Part shown: positions 51,382 to 61,568 of the stretch, in pieces
Layout of the letters: each line of letters starts with the position of its first letter
How positions within the stretch are numbered: position 1 is the first letter of the stretch
NCBI GenBank assembly: GCA_964601935.1
Contig: CAZROP010000001.1
Location: 98,428 to 162,427 of the forward strand
Source: an uncultured Candidatus Saccharibacteria bacterium
GTDB taxonomy: Bacteria > Patescibacteriota > Minisyncoccia > Phycocordibacterales > UBA1006
Length of the DNA stretch: 64,000 nucleotides
Direction: 5' to 3'
Notes under the pieces: generated by a model
The model's database searches: none
Told to the model about the DNA's origin: nothing
The model's input: the letters and a program-made list of their open reading frames with translations, nothing else
Made by a program: the position numbers and the translations under genes

Positions 51382-52323
51382 TTATGAATTATCTATGCCT
51401 GCACATAATTTCATTTTCTGGATAACGACAGATTTCATAGCTTCGTATGCGGGTTTGGAATATTTATATGGCGCAGTTTCTGATGGATTCTCCTCAAGGA
51501 ATTTGCGCAATGCAGCCGTATAGGCAACACGTAATTCTGTATTCACATGCACCATAACAACACCCTTACCAATACAGGAACGGATATCTGCATCACTATT
51601 CCCAGACGCACCATGTAGCACCAGCGGGATACCTGTTGCCGATGCTATTTCTGCAACCCGCTCAGGATGTAACGGCGGCTCGCCTGCAGTGATAATTCCA
51701 TGAACATTTCCTACAGCAGGAGCTAGTAGGTCAACACCTGTCGCCAGCACAAAATTCCGAGCCTCTGCAGGCGTGGTCATACTACTTTCAATTACATCAA
51801 CAGGTAGTGCGTCATATACTTTCGACGACTGACCGATATAGCCAAGCTCTGCCTCCACCAAAATATCTCGGCCTGTTTTAATAGAAAGTGAACAAGCATA
51901 CTCAACACATTGTTTCGTGAATGCAATATTTTCTAGAGTAGGAAGCTTTGCCCCGTCCGCAATCGCCATATCAAACCCTGCATCCAAACATGCCTGAACC
52001 CGATCAAATGAATAATGATGATCTGCATTTAGGTACACCTGGATGCCTCGCTGCTGTGCAGAGCGTACCAATGCTACAGCCTCATGAATACCAACCAGGT
52101 CTTCTTCGCCCTCGGACAATCCTATAACAACTGGAAGATGTAATTCTTGTGATGCTTCTATTATCGCATGGAACCCTTCCAGGTTAGAAATATTAAAATG
52201 ACCTATCGCCTTTTTCTGTTCGCGAAAGCGTGTTATTTGTGATCGCAGTGACGGAACATACTGCGGTTCATGCCGCGACAAACCGAGAAAAGAAAGTAAT
52301 GACATATACACATATTTTAACAT
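51382..52323 (-). CDS. fba: Class II fructose-bisphosphate aldolase
   Basis: NADHH, VEAELGYIG, LAPAVGNVHG, LVLHGASG, NTELR. Confidence 0.93.
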   Translation of the reverse strand: MLKYVYMSLLSFLGLSRHEPQYVPSLRSQITRFREQKKAIGHFNISNLEGFHAIIEASQELHLPVVIGLSEGEEDLVGIHEAVALVRSAQQRGIQVYLNADHHYSFDRVQACLDAGFDMAIADGAKLPTLENIAFTKQCVEYACSLSIKTGRDILVEAELGYIGQSSKVYDALPVDVIESSMTTPAEARNFVLATGVDLLAPAVGNVHGIITAGEPPLHPERVAEIASATGIPLVLHGASGNSDADIRSCIGKGVVMVHVNTELRVAYTAALRKFLEENPSETAPYKYSKPAYEAMKSVVIQKMKLCAGIDNS

Positions 52324-52362
52324 GCGAATATATATTTAACACCATAAACTAAACAATTTAAA

Positions 52363-53157
52363 CTACTGACTCAAAAACTTTTCTCTTGCGATTATAAAAT
52401 CACTTGGATACTCACCGACATACTCTACCTCGCGGCCAGAAATATCACGGAATCGTAGTATACGCGCGTGCAATGCCTGCCTATTGAAGTTTAGACTACG
52501 CTCGAGTAAGCCCTTGCCCACATACCCCTTGTCGCCCACTATAGGGCAACCAATGGATTTCATATGTACACGTATTTGATGCGTTCTACCTGTTTTTGGC
52601 ATACATCGCACGAACGAGTACTGATGCCCCTGATCCAAAAAAGAAGTCACAACCTGGTAATACGTTAACGCTTCGCGTGTAGCACCCTTTGCGCGCGGAG
52701 GCACAGCAAACCGCTCACCATTTCCACCTTCACGCCCAATAGGCAGTGCCACACTGCCTCGATCCCGCTTCGGAACGCCGTATACAAATGTATGATATTC
52801 TTTGAACACTTCACGGTTTTGGAACTGGGCTTTCAAATGTTCATACATAGCCTGAGTTCGCGCAACAACCATCACCCCGGACGTATCACGGTCCAATCGG
52901 TGCACAATACCTGATCGATTCACAGCCTCGTCATTATCTACAGGCGAATTGTCGAGAAATAACTCGTACTCGCCATATCTAACCATAGCCTCACCAATAC
53001 CATTAATTTCAGGATATTGTTGTAGTATTAGATCTGCTAATGCAGGCTCTATTGTTTTTCCATCGCTGTGCACGATCAAGCCAGCTGGTTTATTCACCAC
53101 GATATAGTCGGGCGATTCAAATATAATAAGATCTTTGATATTCATAAGTATACGCAC
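52363..53157 (-). CDS. RluA-family pseudouridine synthase
   Basis: VNKPAGLIVH, HRLDRDTSG, TGRTHQIRVH, LHA. Confidence 0.95.
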   Translation of the reverse strand: MRILMNIKDLIIFESPDYIVVNKPAGLIVHSDGKTIEPALADLILQQYPEINGIGEAMVRYGEYELFLDNSPVDNDEAVNRSGIVHRLDRDTSGVMVVARTQAMYEHLKAQFQNREVFKEYHTFVYGVPKRDRGSVALPIGREGGNGERFAVPPRAKGATREALTYYQVVTSFLDQGHQYSFVRCMPKTGRTHQIRVHMKSIGCPIVGDKGYVGKGLLERSLNFNRQALHARILRFRDISGREVEYVGEYPSDFIIAREKFLSQ

Positions 53158-53180
53158 TATGTCATAGATTTAGTCTTTGG

Positions 53181-53216
53181 CAAGAAAACCGCACCCGGGA
53201 GGGTGCGGTTTTCTTG
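53181..53216 (-). terminator. Terminator after rpsF-ssb-rpsR
   Basis: 16-bp arms CAAGAAAACCGCACCC / GGGTGCGGTTTTCTTG. Confidence 0.85.
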
Positions 53217-53244
53217 GACGTGCGGTTTTGTTCTGCCGCACTTA

Positions 53245-53448
53245 TTAAACTCTAACGTATGGCAATAGTCCCATGAAGCGAGCACGCTTTACTGCCTGAG
53301 CAAGCTCACGCTGTTTCAAGCGCGAAACACTCGTGCGTCGTGCTGACATGATGCGTCCATGCGGGGTCAGAAACTTTTCGATCAAGTCAGTATTTTTATA
53401 ATCAATATGCTTGATACCATTCTGTTTGAAGTAGCACTGTTTTTTCAT
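53245..53448 (-). CDS. rpsR: 30S ribosomal protein S18
   Basis: IDYKNTDLI...GRI...QRELAQAVKRARFMGLLPY. Confidence 0.97.
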   Translation of the reverse strand: MKKQCYFKQNGIKHIDYKNTDLIEKFLTPHGRIMSARRTSVSRLKQRELAQAVKRARFMGLLPYVRV

Positions 53449-53502
53449 AATAGTAAAATGGAATGAGGGGTAATAATATATACAGTATCGAAACGGGCAA
53501 AC

Positions 53503-53976
53503 CTAGAAAGGTATATCGTCTGGATTTGGATCTTCTCCAAAGTCGATAATATCGAACTCTTGAGGATTGCCAATAGGCTCTGATTTTTCTGCCTTTGGTG
53601 CAGGTATTGGATCGTTCGGATCAAATGACTGCCGACTAGGAGCACCTGATGGTGAGCCCATGAAGCGAACATTATCAGCATTGATTTCAGTTTTGTACTG
53701 CTTCTTGCCATCTGGACCATCCCAACTGCGAGTCTGGATACGACCCTCGATGAACGCACTAGAACCTTTTTTCAAAAACTTTGCGCAATTTTCTGCCTGA
53801 ACACCCCATATCACAATATTATGATACTCGGGAACATCCTTGCGGTTTCCTGTAGCGTCCTTGTACGAATAATTAGTTGCTATAGAAAAGTTACAAACCT
53901 TTGCGCCTGAAGGAGTTGATTTCAATTCAGGGTCACGTGTTAGATTTCCCATCAAAAGTACTTTGTTCAGTGACAT
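53503..53976 (-). CDS. ssb: Single-stranded DNA-binding protein
   Basis: LNKVLLMGNLTRDPEL; C-terminal DDIPF. Confidence 0.98.
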   Translation of the reverse strand: MSLNKVLLMGNLTRDPELKSTPSGAKVCNFSIATNYSYKDATGNRKDVPEYHNIVIWGVQAENCAKFLKKGSSAFIEGRIQTRSWDGPDGKKQYKTEINADNVRFMGSPSGAPSRQSFDPNDPIPAPKAEKSEPIGNPQEFDIIDFGEDPNPDDIPF

Positions 53977-53985
53977 ATAAATATA

Positions 53986-54507
53986 TTATACTACATCGCT
54001 CGCTGTTAATTCATCAAGAGGCTTATCCAATAGAGAAGGAACCTCTACTTCCACCTCATCCTCTACTACCGGATCTACGATTACTGGTGGCAGCTCTTCA
54101 GCACTCTGCTCTTCACCTGAAGAGCGAGATTCTGCACGACGACGTGGATTCTTTCGCGCTGTATAAGTGTTCTCTCGAACAGTTTTGAAAGCAAGGTATC
54201 TAATGATAGACAGGTCTTGTGCCAACTCCTGTTCGATACCTTTTATCAAGCTCGCATCAATTTCAAACTTGTACCAAGCAAAGTATGCTTCGTTATAGCT
54301 CGTTTTCTTGTTCTCGCGAACCTGGTACATAGGATACGCTAAATCGATTCGTTCTGGCGCCCCTTCCTGGATTAGGCTGCCACCTAATTCAGTCACTCGA
54401 TCTTTTAGGCGAGTAAAGTTTTGCGCAGCACCCTCGTCCCCAAGTGTAGGCACCATTTGTACCCCAACCTCATATACGCGTGATCGCTCAAATTCTTCTG
54501 GAATCAT
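53986..54507 (-). CDS. rpsF: 30S ribosomal protein S6 with acidic tail
   Basis: YEVGV...LAYPM...IIRYL; rpsF-ssb-rpsR order. Confidence 0.92.
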   Translation of the reverse strand: MIPEEFERSRVYEVGVQMVPTLGDEGAAQNFTRLKDRVTELGGSLIQEGAPERIDLAYPMYQVRENKKTSYNEAYFAWYKFEIDASLIKGIEQELAQDLSIIRYLAFKTVRENTYTARKNPRRRAESRSSGEEQSAEELPPVIVDPVVEDEVEVEVPSLLDKPLDELTASDVV

Positions 54508-54648
54508 AATCAAGTCGAATAAGTTACATTATTAATACCAACAAAGGTAGAGTATATTCGACATACACCCACTGGAACCTAACTTCTAGGTCCTTTGCCA
54601 GCTTGTTGATACTTTGCCATATTTATAGAAAAATGCAATACTGACGAA

Positions 54649-55377
54649 ATGGTACACATCATATGGAAAGATTTCGGCGAAACCATGTCCGAAGTACTCG
54701 ATCGCTGTAAAAAACGCGATAATATAACAGAGCCGGCGACCTATGCTGGGCGACTGGACCCTGCAGCACAGGGATATGTCACCATACTATCTGGAGCAGA
54801 CAGACTACGCAAAGACGAATTCCTATCACACGACAAACACTATACTGCCGATATGTTGCTAAGCATTGCTACCGACACCTTCGATATATTTGGACTCATC
54901 ACAGAGACACAATTGGAATCTATACCCCAGTCACTCGAGGAGTACCAGGAAATAGCATCATCTTACAAAGGCGTTATTACCCAACAATTCCCCGCATTTA
55001 GCGGATACCGGCATCAGGGCAAACCTCTGTGGCAGCATGCTGTAGAAGAAGTCCCTACAGATATACAAAGACAACGCACTATTTATAATATCGCGGCCAC
55101 TAACCTATCGACAATCAAGCTGAGTGATATCGTTACTCAAGTAGACGCATTATGCCAACGCCCATCACTACAAAAATTCAGGGTGGCCAATATACGTTCT
55201 TGCTGGAGCACATTATTAGCGTCCGAAGGCGACAGGACTTTATATGTGGTTTCCCTAGAACTTCATGTGAGCAGTGGAACCTTTGTCCGCACTATTATTA
55301 ATACACTGAGTAGGTCGTGCGACATTCCTGGCTGTGCTTTTAATATTACTCGCACCCGACCCACAACAGAAGACTAA
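54649..55377 (+). CDS. truB: TruB-like tRNA pseudouridine synthase
   Basis: YAGRLDPAAQG, TDTFD-x2-G, PAFSG...GKPL, VSSGTFVR. Confidence 0.8.
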   Translation: MVHIIWKDFGETMSEVLDRCKKRDNITEPATYAGRLDPAAQGYVTILSGADRLRKDEFLSHDKHYTADMLLSIATDTFDIFGLITETQLESIPQSLEEYQEIASSYKGVITQQFPAFSGYRHQGKPLWQHAVEEVPTDIQRQRTIYNIAATNLSTIKLSDIVTQVDALCQRPSLQKFRVANIRSCWSTLLASEGDRTLYVVSLELHVSSGTFVRTIINTLSRSCDIPGCAFNITRTRPTTED

Positions 55378-57047
55378 CGGCTCGCAGCATGTGTCACAAT
55401 GACATACTCATCAGCACCTTGTGACTCTGCCTCCGATAACTCAGGCATGGTTTCTTCTACAACTTGCTGACTTCGTGGATAGTATAGGCGAATGATATAT
55501 ATACCAGAAGCGAATAGAGTAACGAGCGAGACCACTGACAGAATCATAAGCGATCCGATTGAAAGCGACTGAGAATTTTCTGCGGCACCTGTACCTTTAT
55601 TGTTCGGAGTCTGAACATCTGATATATCTCTGACAAGGCTACTTCCAGAGTCTCCCATAGACATCCCAGGCGTGGTTACATTATCATACTGCACCAATGT
55701 TGTATCACGCACTGATGCATAGAGCTTATTCGCTACGCTAGATTGTGAGGTAGCAGCTATAGTGAAGGGTTGCTGAGTATGAGCCGTAGATGTGTTCGAA
55801 CTTCCAGACACAGAAGATATTGCAGCGACCGGATCAGGAACAACGAATTCTCGGCTGGCGACTTTTGTACTGCCATTCGGTGCGATCAACTCTATTAACT
55901 TTGGTCTATCCGACAATAACTGTGCACTATCTCCAATACTGATTGTGGCACTCGGCAATACAACGGTATGACTTGCGATTGTTATACTACGGCTTGGAGT
56001 GCGCAGTATATAGCGTGAGATATCAATCTCGTTATCAGTCTGATTAGTGATGGTGATAACATAACCATCACGACCAATGGTCAGTAATGGACTGATCACA
56101 GCAATATCACTGACATAGTGTGCCAACGGTTCTGAACTCAAATCACTATGACTATATTCTACTATTAAACGGTAATTGCCCGATCGAGAATATACATACT
56201 GAATTGGATCTGTAGTTTGTCTGACGATTTCTCGACCATCACCTGTTATGACTCTGATTCTACCGAGCGTATACTCACGGACGTCTTCACCGAGCGTGCG
56301 GATAATTTTAGGATGCACAGAAAAAGGCGCACCTGCAACCGGTTCTTTCGGCACAGTGCGCACGGTCATAGCATAGATGGGAACAATAGGACGCGTAGAA
56401 CCCGATGAGACTGTAGATGGTGTGTTTGTATTTGCTTGTTGGCTTTGATTACTACCACTAGTAGTATTTCCTGACCCAGTATTATTTTGCTGAGATGTTT
56501 GCTGTCCTGCTGTGGCGACATTCGGGTCTGCGCCAGGATTCGGCATGCGCGATACCCATTGACCCCCTACCCAGTGCAGGGAATTACTGTCACCGGCAGC
56601 CAACACTCCGCCTACATAGGTAACCTGTGCCACAATATCTCCGGAGAGAGTTTTAAAAGAAAACGATTCTCCTGTATTATTAAGTGAGAAAGAACTATCG
56701 TACACATCACCTGTATACGATGGATATCCTGACAATGTAGCTACACCTGATACTGCAACAATAGCATATTCGCCAGGACTGATAGACCCGTCACCAAGCG
56801 ATGTAGAAATGGAATGGTTAGTGTTCGCCTCGAACAGTTTCCAGCTACTCAGCTGCACGTTATCTTGTGTATCATTGTACACCTCGATCCACTCCTGCCC
56901 GGTATCGGTGCCCGCAGGATCATACATTATTTCCGTAACCACCAAGGCATGTGTTGTTATTGAAATAGCAAAAGATAAAATAACGAGAGCGATCAGTTTA
57001 TAAGCGTACCCCCAATGCACGCGCCAAATCTGCTGGAGAGATTTCAT
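55374..57047 (-). CDS. Lamin tail domain (LTD) surface protein with C-terminal TM
   Basis: VVTEIMYDPAG-x4-EWIEVYN, LNNTG, PNPG; start taken at MKSLQQ. Confidence 0.82.
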   Translation of the reverse strand: MKSLQQIWRVHWGYAYKLIALVILSFAISITTHALVVTEIMYDPAGTDTGQEWIEVYNDTQDNVQLSSWKLFEANTNHSISTSLGDGSISPGEYAIVAVSGVATLSGYPSYTGDVYDSSFSLNNTGESFSFKTLSGDIVAQVTYVGGVLAAGDSNSLHWVGGQWVSRMPNPGADPNVATAGQQTSQQNNTGSGNTTSGSNQSQQANTNTPSTVSSGSTRPIVPIYAMTVRTVPKEPVAGAPFSVHPKIIRTLGEDVREYTLGRIRVITGDGREIVRQTTDPIQYVYSRSGNYRLIVEYSHSDLSSEPLAHYVSDIAVISPLLTIGRDGYVITITNQTDNEIDISRYILRTPSRSITIASHTVVLPSATISIGDSAQLLSDRPKLIELIAPNGSTKVASREFVVPDPVAAISSVSGSSNTSTAHTQQPFTIAATSQSSVANKLYASVRDTTLVQYDNVTTPGMSMGDSGSSLVRDISDVQTPNNKGTGAAENSQSLSIGSLMILSVVSLVTLFASGIYIIRLYYPRSQQVVEETMPELSEAESQGADEYVIVTHAASR

Positions 57048-59292
57048 TCCAGCCAATATGACCTGTCTGTTGTGTCGGAGTAGGGACAGGACTGGAGCTA
57101 CTCGGGTCTGATGTTCTGACAGGTTCCGCGATTTCATGGGCATATATTGCCGATTCCGCCTTTTTTGTCAAGACATAAGGATTTGCCTGCTGAAAAATCT
57201 GCGATGTATCTACTGAATCCTGGCGAGCAGGACGAGCAGCTAAAACCATCTTGTCTCGTCCAACTTCTGCTGGTTTTGACTGCTTCTGTAGCTCATCTAC
57301 TCTGGTTACCTCTGGGTCTTTTTGCAAACCCGCCAATAAATCACGAAGTGAGTTGCGTGTATCATCGGTGGCTTCATTTTTCTTTGGCGCTATAGTTTCT
57401 GGCTTGCGAAGCTCGCTCTTTCTCTCGTTTCGAGAATCCTGAGTATTAGGTGCATTTCTGTCAAAGTCTCTATGAATATCCGGCTGAGGTCTTGGCTGCA
57501 CAGGTCGCTCGGGTCTCTGCATCGGCGTCATAGTACGCTGAGGCGATCTTTCATTTGAATCATTACTTCTTCTACTTTGTGCTGCTTCAGCTTGTTGTCG
57601 TTCGCGCATTTCTATACGCTTTTGATTCATAACCTCATTCAAATTTCCTGCTTCTTTTGCTGCTCTATGCTCTTCTGGTGACAGCCATACTCCACCTTTT
57701 GATTCTATTTCTTTGCGACGCTGTTCCAGAAATACCGCATGTTCTGCATCCTTTTTTGTTTGCTGACGCACCTCTGTAGATTCTGAATAGTCTGCAGGTT
57801 TATTATTCGTTCTGGATTCTGATTGAGAAGTATTAAGAGCTGAATGTTGATGCAGCTCTTCTCTCGGCATACTATTTCTCTGTTCTGGAGAGGCTGACCG
57901 AGAATATGACTGTTGTGCTGGTGAGAGTGGACGTTGTGCCTGAGTATTGTTAGATTGGGGCGACTGTTGCTGATAATATCCCTGCTGGTGTGCAGTATCA
58001 GCGCCAAACCACTGACTAATTTCTGCTTCTACCTCGGCACGTGGTCGTGTATAGCGACTACGGCTTGCAGCGATTACTTCGTTATAAAATGTAACACTTG
58101 GCTTTGGAGGCAACAATAGTGTACGGGCCGAGAATGGAGCAGATCCAACACCATCAATAAGAAGCGTCAAATATATTTGCGCCAATGACAAATTCATAAT
58201 ATCAGTCTGTGTGAAAACGGGGGCGAATGCTTTTTCTAGCACCTCTGCGTCCTCAGGCTTCTGCGTACGAAATGCAATTTTTGTTCCCACGTTACCGAAC
58301 ACGGCTGCACGAATCTTTTCTGGCATTTGGTCGATGTACTGATGAGCGACTGTGAGTCCCAATTTGTACTTTCGCGATTCTGACAAGATATTCTCGAACG
58401 AATCATTAGCAAAGTTCTGGAACTCGTCCACGAACATATAGAACGGTGGCAAGAAGTTCATTTCGTACTCAGTTTTATCAGCTCGTGACATTGCGGCCAA
58501 ATAAATCTTGGTAATGAGCATGGCACCAATCAACGGTGCATTCTGCTCGCCAACGCGCCCTTTCGACAAATTTGCAATAAATATTTTACGAGTGTCCATC
58601 ATGTCGCGGAAATCCAATGTCGATCTGGGCTGGCCGAGTATATTACGGATCATGGGATTAGCGGTGAACTGTCCCACCTTGTTCTGGATTGCTGCGAAGG
58701 CTTCACGCGCGAATTTATCCTCCCACTTCATGAACTCATCAACCCAGGTAGACCTCACAGAAGGGTCTTTTACATTCGCCACTACTTTTTCGCGAAACTT
58801 TTTATCAGACAACATACGGTTCACGCTCAATAAGGTTGCATCCGGATATTCCAATAGTGCCAGCAAAGTATTTGACAGCACGTATTCCATACGCGCAGAA
58901 AATGCATCTACCCATATTTTCTTGAAAGCAGTTAATAGCCCATCTGATATTTGTGATCGCAAATCAGGACCAGGGTCTTCCAGAGGATTGAAACCTATCG
59001 GATTTTCCAAATCATGTGGAGCGAAATAGATAACATCATTGATACGATGTTCAGGAATATATTGCAAAATCTTTTCTGCACTACTACCGTGTGGGTCTAT
59101 CAGCGCAACGCCGTTCCCATTCAATATATCTTGGATCACAAGGTTTTCGATCAACCACGATTTTCCCACTCCAGTAGAACCAATAATATAGGTATGGCGC
59201 AAACGATCACGGGCACGAATACCGAATTTTACATTCTGGTTACGAAAATCTGTTGTCCCAATAAATGTGAGTGCTCGTGGATCATCCAGCAT
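56998..59292 (-). CDS. VirD4/TrwB/HerA-like P-loop ATPase with long low-complexity tail
   Basis: HTYIIGSTGVGKS, IDPHG, VDEFQNF, ESRKY, AHQY. Confidence 0.85.
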   Translation of the reverse strand: MLDDPRALTFIGTTDFRNQNVKFGIRARDRLRHTYIIGSTGVGKSWLIENLVIQDILNGNGVALIDPHGSSAEKILQYIPEHRINDVIYFAPHDLENPIGFNPLEDPGPDLRSQISDGLLTAFKKIWVDAFSARMEYVLSNTLLALLEYPDATLLSVNRMLSDKKFREKVVANVKDPSVRSTWVDEFMKWEDKFAREAFAAIQNKVGQFTANPMIRNILGQPRSTLDFRDMMDTRKIFIANLSKGRVGEQNAPLIGAMLITKIYLAAMSRADKTEYEMNFLPPFYMFVDEFQNFANDSFENILSESRKYKLGLTVAHQYIDQMPEKIRAAVFGNVGTKIAFRTQKPEDAEVLEKAFAPVFTQTDIMNLSLAQIYLTLLIDGVGSAPFSARTLLLPPKPSVTFYNEVIAASRSRYTRPRAEVEAEISQWFGADTAHQQGYYQQQSPQSNNTQAQRPLSPAQQSYSRSASPEQRNSMPREELHQHSALNTSQSESRTNNKPADYSESTEVRQQTKKDAEHAVFLEQRRKEIESKGGVWLSPEEHRAAKEAGNLNEVMNQKRIEMRERQQAEAAQSRRSNDSNERSPQRTMTPMQRPERPVQPRPQPDIHRDFDRNAPNTQDSRNERKSELRKPETIAPKKNEATDDTRNSLRDLLAGLQKDPEVTRVDELQKQSKPAEVGRDKMVLAARPARQDSVDTSQIFQQANPYVLTKKAESAIYAHEIAEPVRTSDPSSSSPVPTPTQQTGHIGWNEISPADLARALGVRL

Positions 59293-59348
59293 ATGCCACT
59301 AGTATACACCATACTCATGTCGATGAGCAGCAAATAACCTGAACCTAA

Positions 59349-60362
59349 CTACTGAATAGATTCCAGTAACTGATATATATAAGCTTCCAAAACAACTCCA
59401 GGCTCTACAGCGCTCGCGATATCACATTCCAGCCGCAACAACCCTGACAGTACACCCGCATTAATACGCGATCCGGTAATATCGCGTGCAATAGCTTGTA
59501 GCCACTCTTTATCATGTGAGGAGCTGCTTTTCAGTATCTGGAATCGAAATTCTAATATTGTTCGTGTTTTTGCAACTACCATTTTGACAGTCTGCAATGG
59601 ATTATACAGAGGTGCACGCTCTATGACTGCCTTTAATCCTCCAGCTGTAGGATATGAAAACTCCTGCACCATATCACGCACATATGCTGCGGGTGGCAAT
59701 GATAGCGTTATTGCCACATGGTGTTCGTCGATGGTATTTCCTATAGCAGTTCGCGCTACGGTCTCTAATGCGACCAATGCATTGCGAAATGACCCATCTG
59801 CTGCAATCATTATGAGATCCCGTGCTGCAGAGTCTATTACCAAATCCTCCGCCTGTGCCACCCTATCAATAACAGCTGAGAGCGATTCGTTGTTGGGTTG
59901 CTGGAGTGCTACCACTACTGAACGCGAAATAATAGTTTCAGGAATTTTGTGATCATCAGTTGTTGCCATGACGAACACTACATGGGATGGCGGCTCTTCC
60001 AACATCTTCAGGAGTACACTCCATGTCGAGGCAGAAAACATATGAACCTCGTCGAATATGTAGACCTTGCGCTGTGAAAGTATGGGCATAGTCAGAGCCT
60101 CGTCACACAGTGCGCGCATGTCATCGACGCCATTATTCGATGCTGCATCTAATTCATAGATATCTATAGGATCAACATTCAAAGACCGTGCGAATATACG
60201 CGCCAGTGTGGTTTTGCCGACACCGCGAGTTCCTTTCATGATTATACAATTTGGTGGGGCATCAGCGGATACGAATGACTGCAAAATTGACACACCACGA
60301 TCTTGACCGACTACTTGGTCAAATGTCTGCGGTCGATACTTACGATAGAATGATTCTGACAT
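59349..60362 (-). CDS. dnaX: DNA polymerase III clamp loader subunit gamma/tau (short)
   Basis: YRKYRPQTFDQVVGQ, GVGKTT, ELDAASNNGVD, DEVHM, LLKMLEEPP. Confidence 0.92.
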   Translation of the reverse strand: MSESFYRKYRPQTFDQVVGQDRGVSILQSFVSADAPPNCIIMKGTRGVGKTTLARIFARSLNVDPIDIYELDAASNNGVDDMRALCDEALTMPILSQRKVYIFDEVHMFSASTWSVLLKMLEEPPSHVVFVMATTDDHKIPETIISRSVVVALQQPNNESLSAVIDRVAQAEDLVIDSAARDLIMIAADGSFRNALVALETVARTAIGNTIDEHHVAITLSLPPAAYVRDMVQEFSYPTAGGLKAVIERAPLYNPLQTVKMVVAKTRTILEFRFQILKSSSSHDKEWLQAIARDITGSRINAGVLSGLLRLECDIASAVEPGVVLEAYIYQLLESIQ

Positions 60363-60418
60363 ATGTTGGGTAGTATACCACGACGACTATAATTATTCTT
60401 TTCCCCGATATATCGTAA

Positions 60419-61498
60419 CTATTCAGAGTATTTTACCAATGCCTCACCAAAAACAGCGATAATCTCGTCAGCAGTATCAGCGCTCATCAGCCGTTCACGC
60501 AACTCTGCGGCATGGGGAAATCCATTGATGTAACAGCGGAAATTCTTTTTCATCAAACTCATGGACTTGCCACGCACCACATCAGAAACGGGGAACTTTC
60601 TGTCACCAAATACCAACTGCTCTATCTGCATACCAGGACCAACCGATGCATGGACAAGGTCTCGGTAGAGAATCGTGTGTTCACGCGCGGCGAGCAATCG
60701 TTCGCGTATACCCACCTGCCCATCGTCGCGCGCACCATCAAAAAACCATGGATTACCAAATGTCGCCTTGCCTACCATCACGCCATGTGCACCTGTCTGC
60801 CGACATACCTGCACTCCATCAGACATTGTCATAATTCCCCCGTTAGCAATCACCGGAATATGGTACGACTCCACCATGCGAACAATTCGCTCCAACACAT
60901 CCCAGTGTGGTGGATAATCAGATAATTCTTTGCGTGTACGTGCATGAATAATTAATGCATCGATACCAGCATCCAACAGAGCAGGTATCCATACATCAGA
61001 TTCATCATGCGACCACCCAATACGCGTTTTTACAGAAACAGGAATACCTGGTGCACCCGCACGTGTAGCACGAACGACATCCTGCGCTAATGATGGCGTC
61101 TGTATCAAACACGCACCTGCGCCCTGTTTATTGATCGATCTATCCGGGCATCCCATATTGATGTCGATTGCCTGATATCCCAAACCCGCCACCATGCGCG
61201 CCGTTTCAGTAAATGTCTCAGGATTGGATCCAAATATTTGTGCGACCAGGTTATCAGCCTCGAACTGCCCATACTGCAAATCACGTAGCAAATGATCTCG
61301 ACCTCGAGAACACAACCCGTCACATGACACAAACTCTGTCCACAACACATCCGGGCCGCCATCCGACTGACCCATACGAGAATAGGTCGCAACCATGCGA
61401 CGATACGCCCGATCGGTCACGTCTGCCATAGGCGCCAGGGTGGTGATCATGGGACCGCCAGACCGTACTCGCTGATAAAGTTCTTGCCATATATGCAT
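60419..61498 (-). CDS. tRNA-dihydrouridine synthase
   Basis: LAPMADVTD, DINMGCP, VSVKTRIG, HARTR, IANGGI. Confidence 0.93.
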   Translation of the reverse strand: MHIWQELYQRVRSGGPMITTLAPMADVTDRAYRRMVATYSRMGQSDGGPDVLWTEFVSCDGLCSRGRDHLLRDLQYGQFEADNLVAQIFGSNPETFTETARMVAGLGYQAIDINMGCPDRSINKQGAGACLIQTPSLAQDVVRATRAGAPGIPVSVKTRIGWSHDESDVWIPALLDAGIDALIIHARTRKELSDYPPHWDVLERIVRMVESYHIPVIANGGIMTMSDGVQVCRQTGAHGVMVGKATFGNPWFFDGARDDGQVGIRERLLAAREHTILYRDLVHASVGPGMQIEQLVFGDRKFPVSDVVRGKSMSLMKKNFRCYINGFPHAAELRERLMSADTADEIIAVFGEALVKYSE

Positions 61499-61568
61499 AT
61501 AATAATTAGACTAACATGCAAAGTGATATTTGAATAACTTGGACTTCTTAGTTTGCCACATACAAAAA

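Noticed and set aside
56998-59292. Conjugative element or prophage
   Set aside because: No relaxase, VirB4 partners, integrase or phage structural genes; flanked by housekeeping genes.
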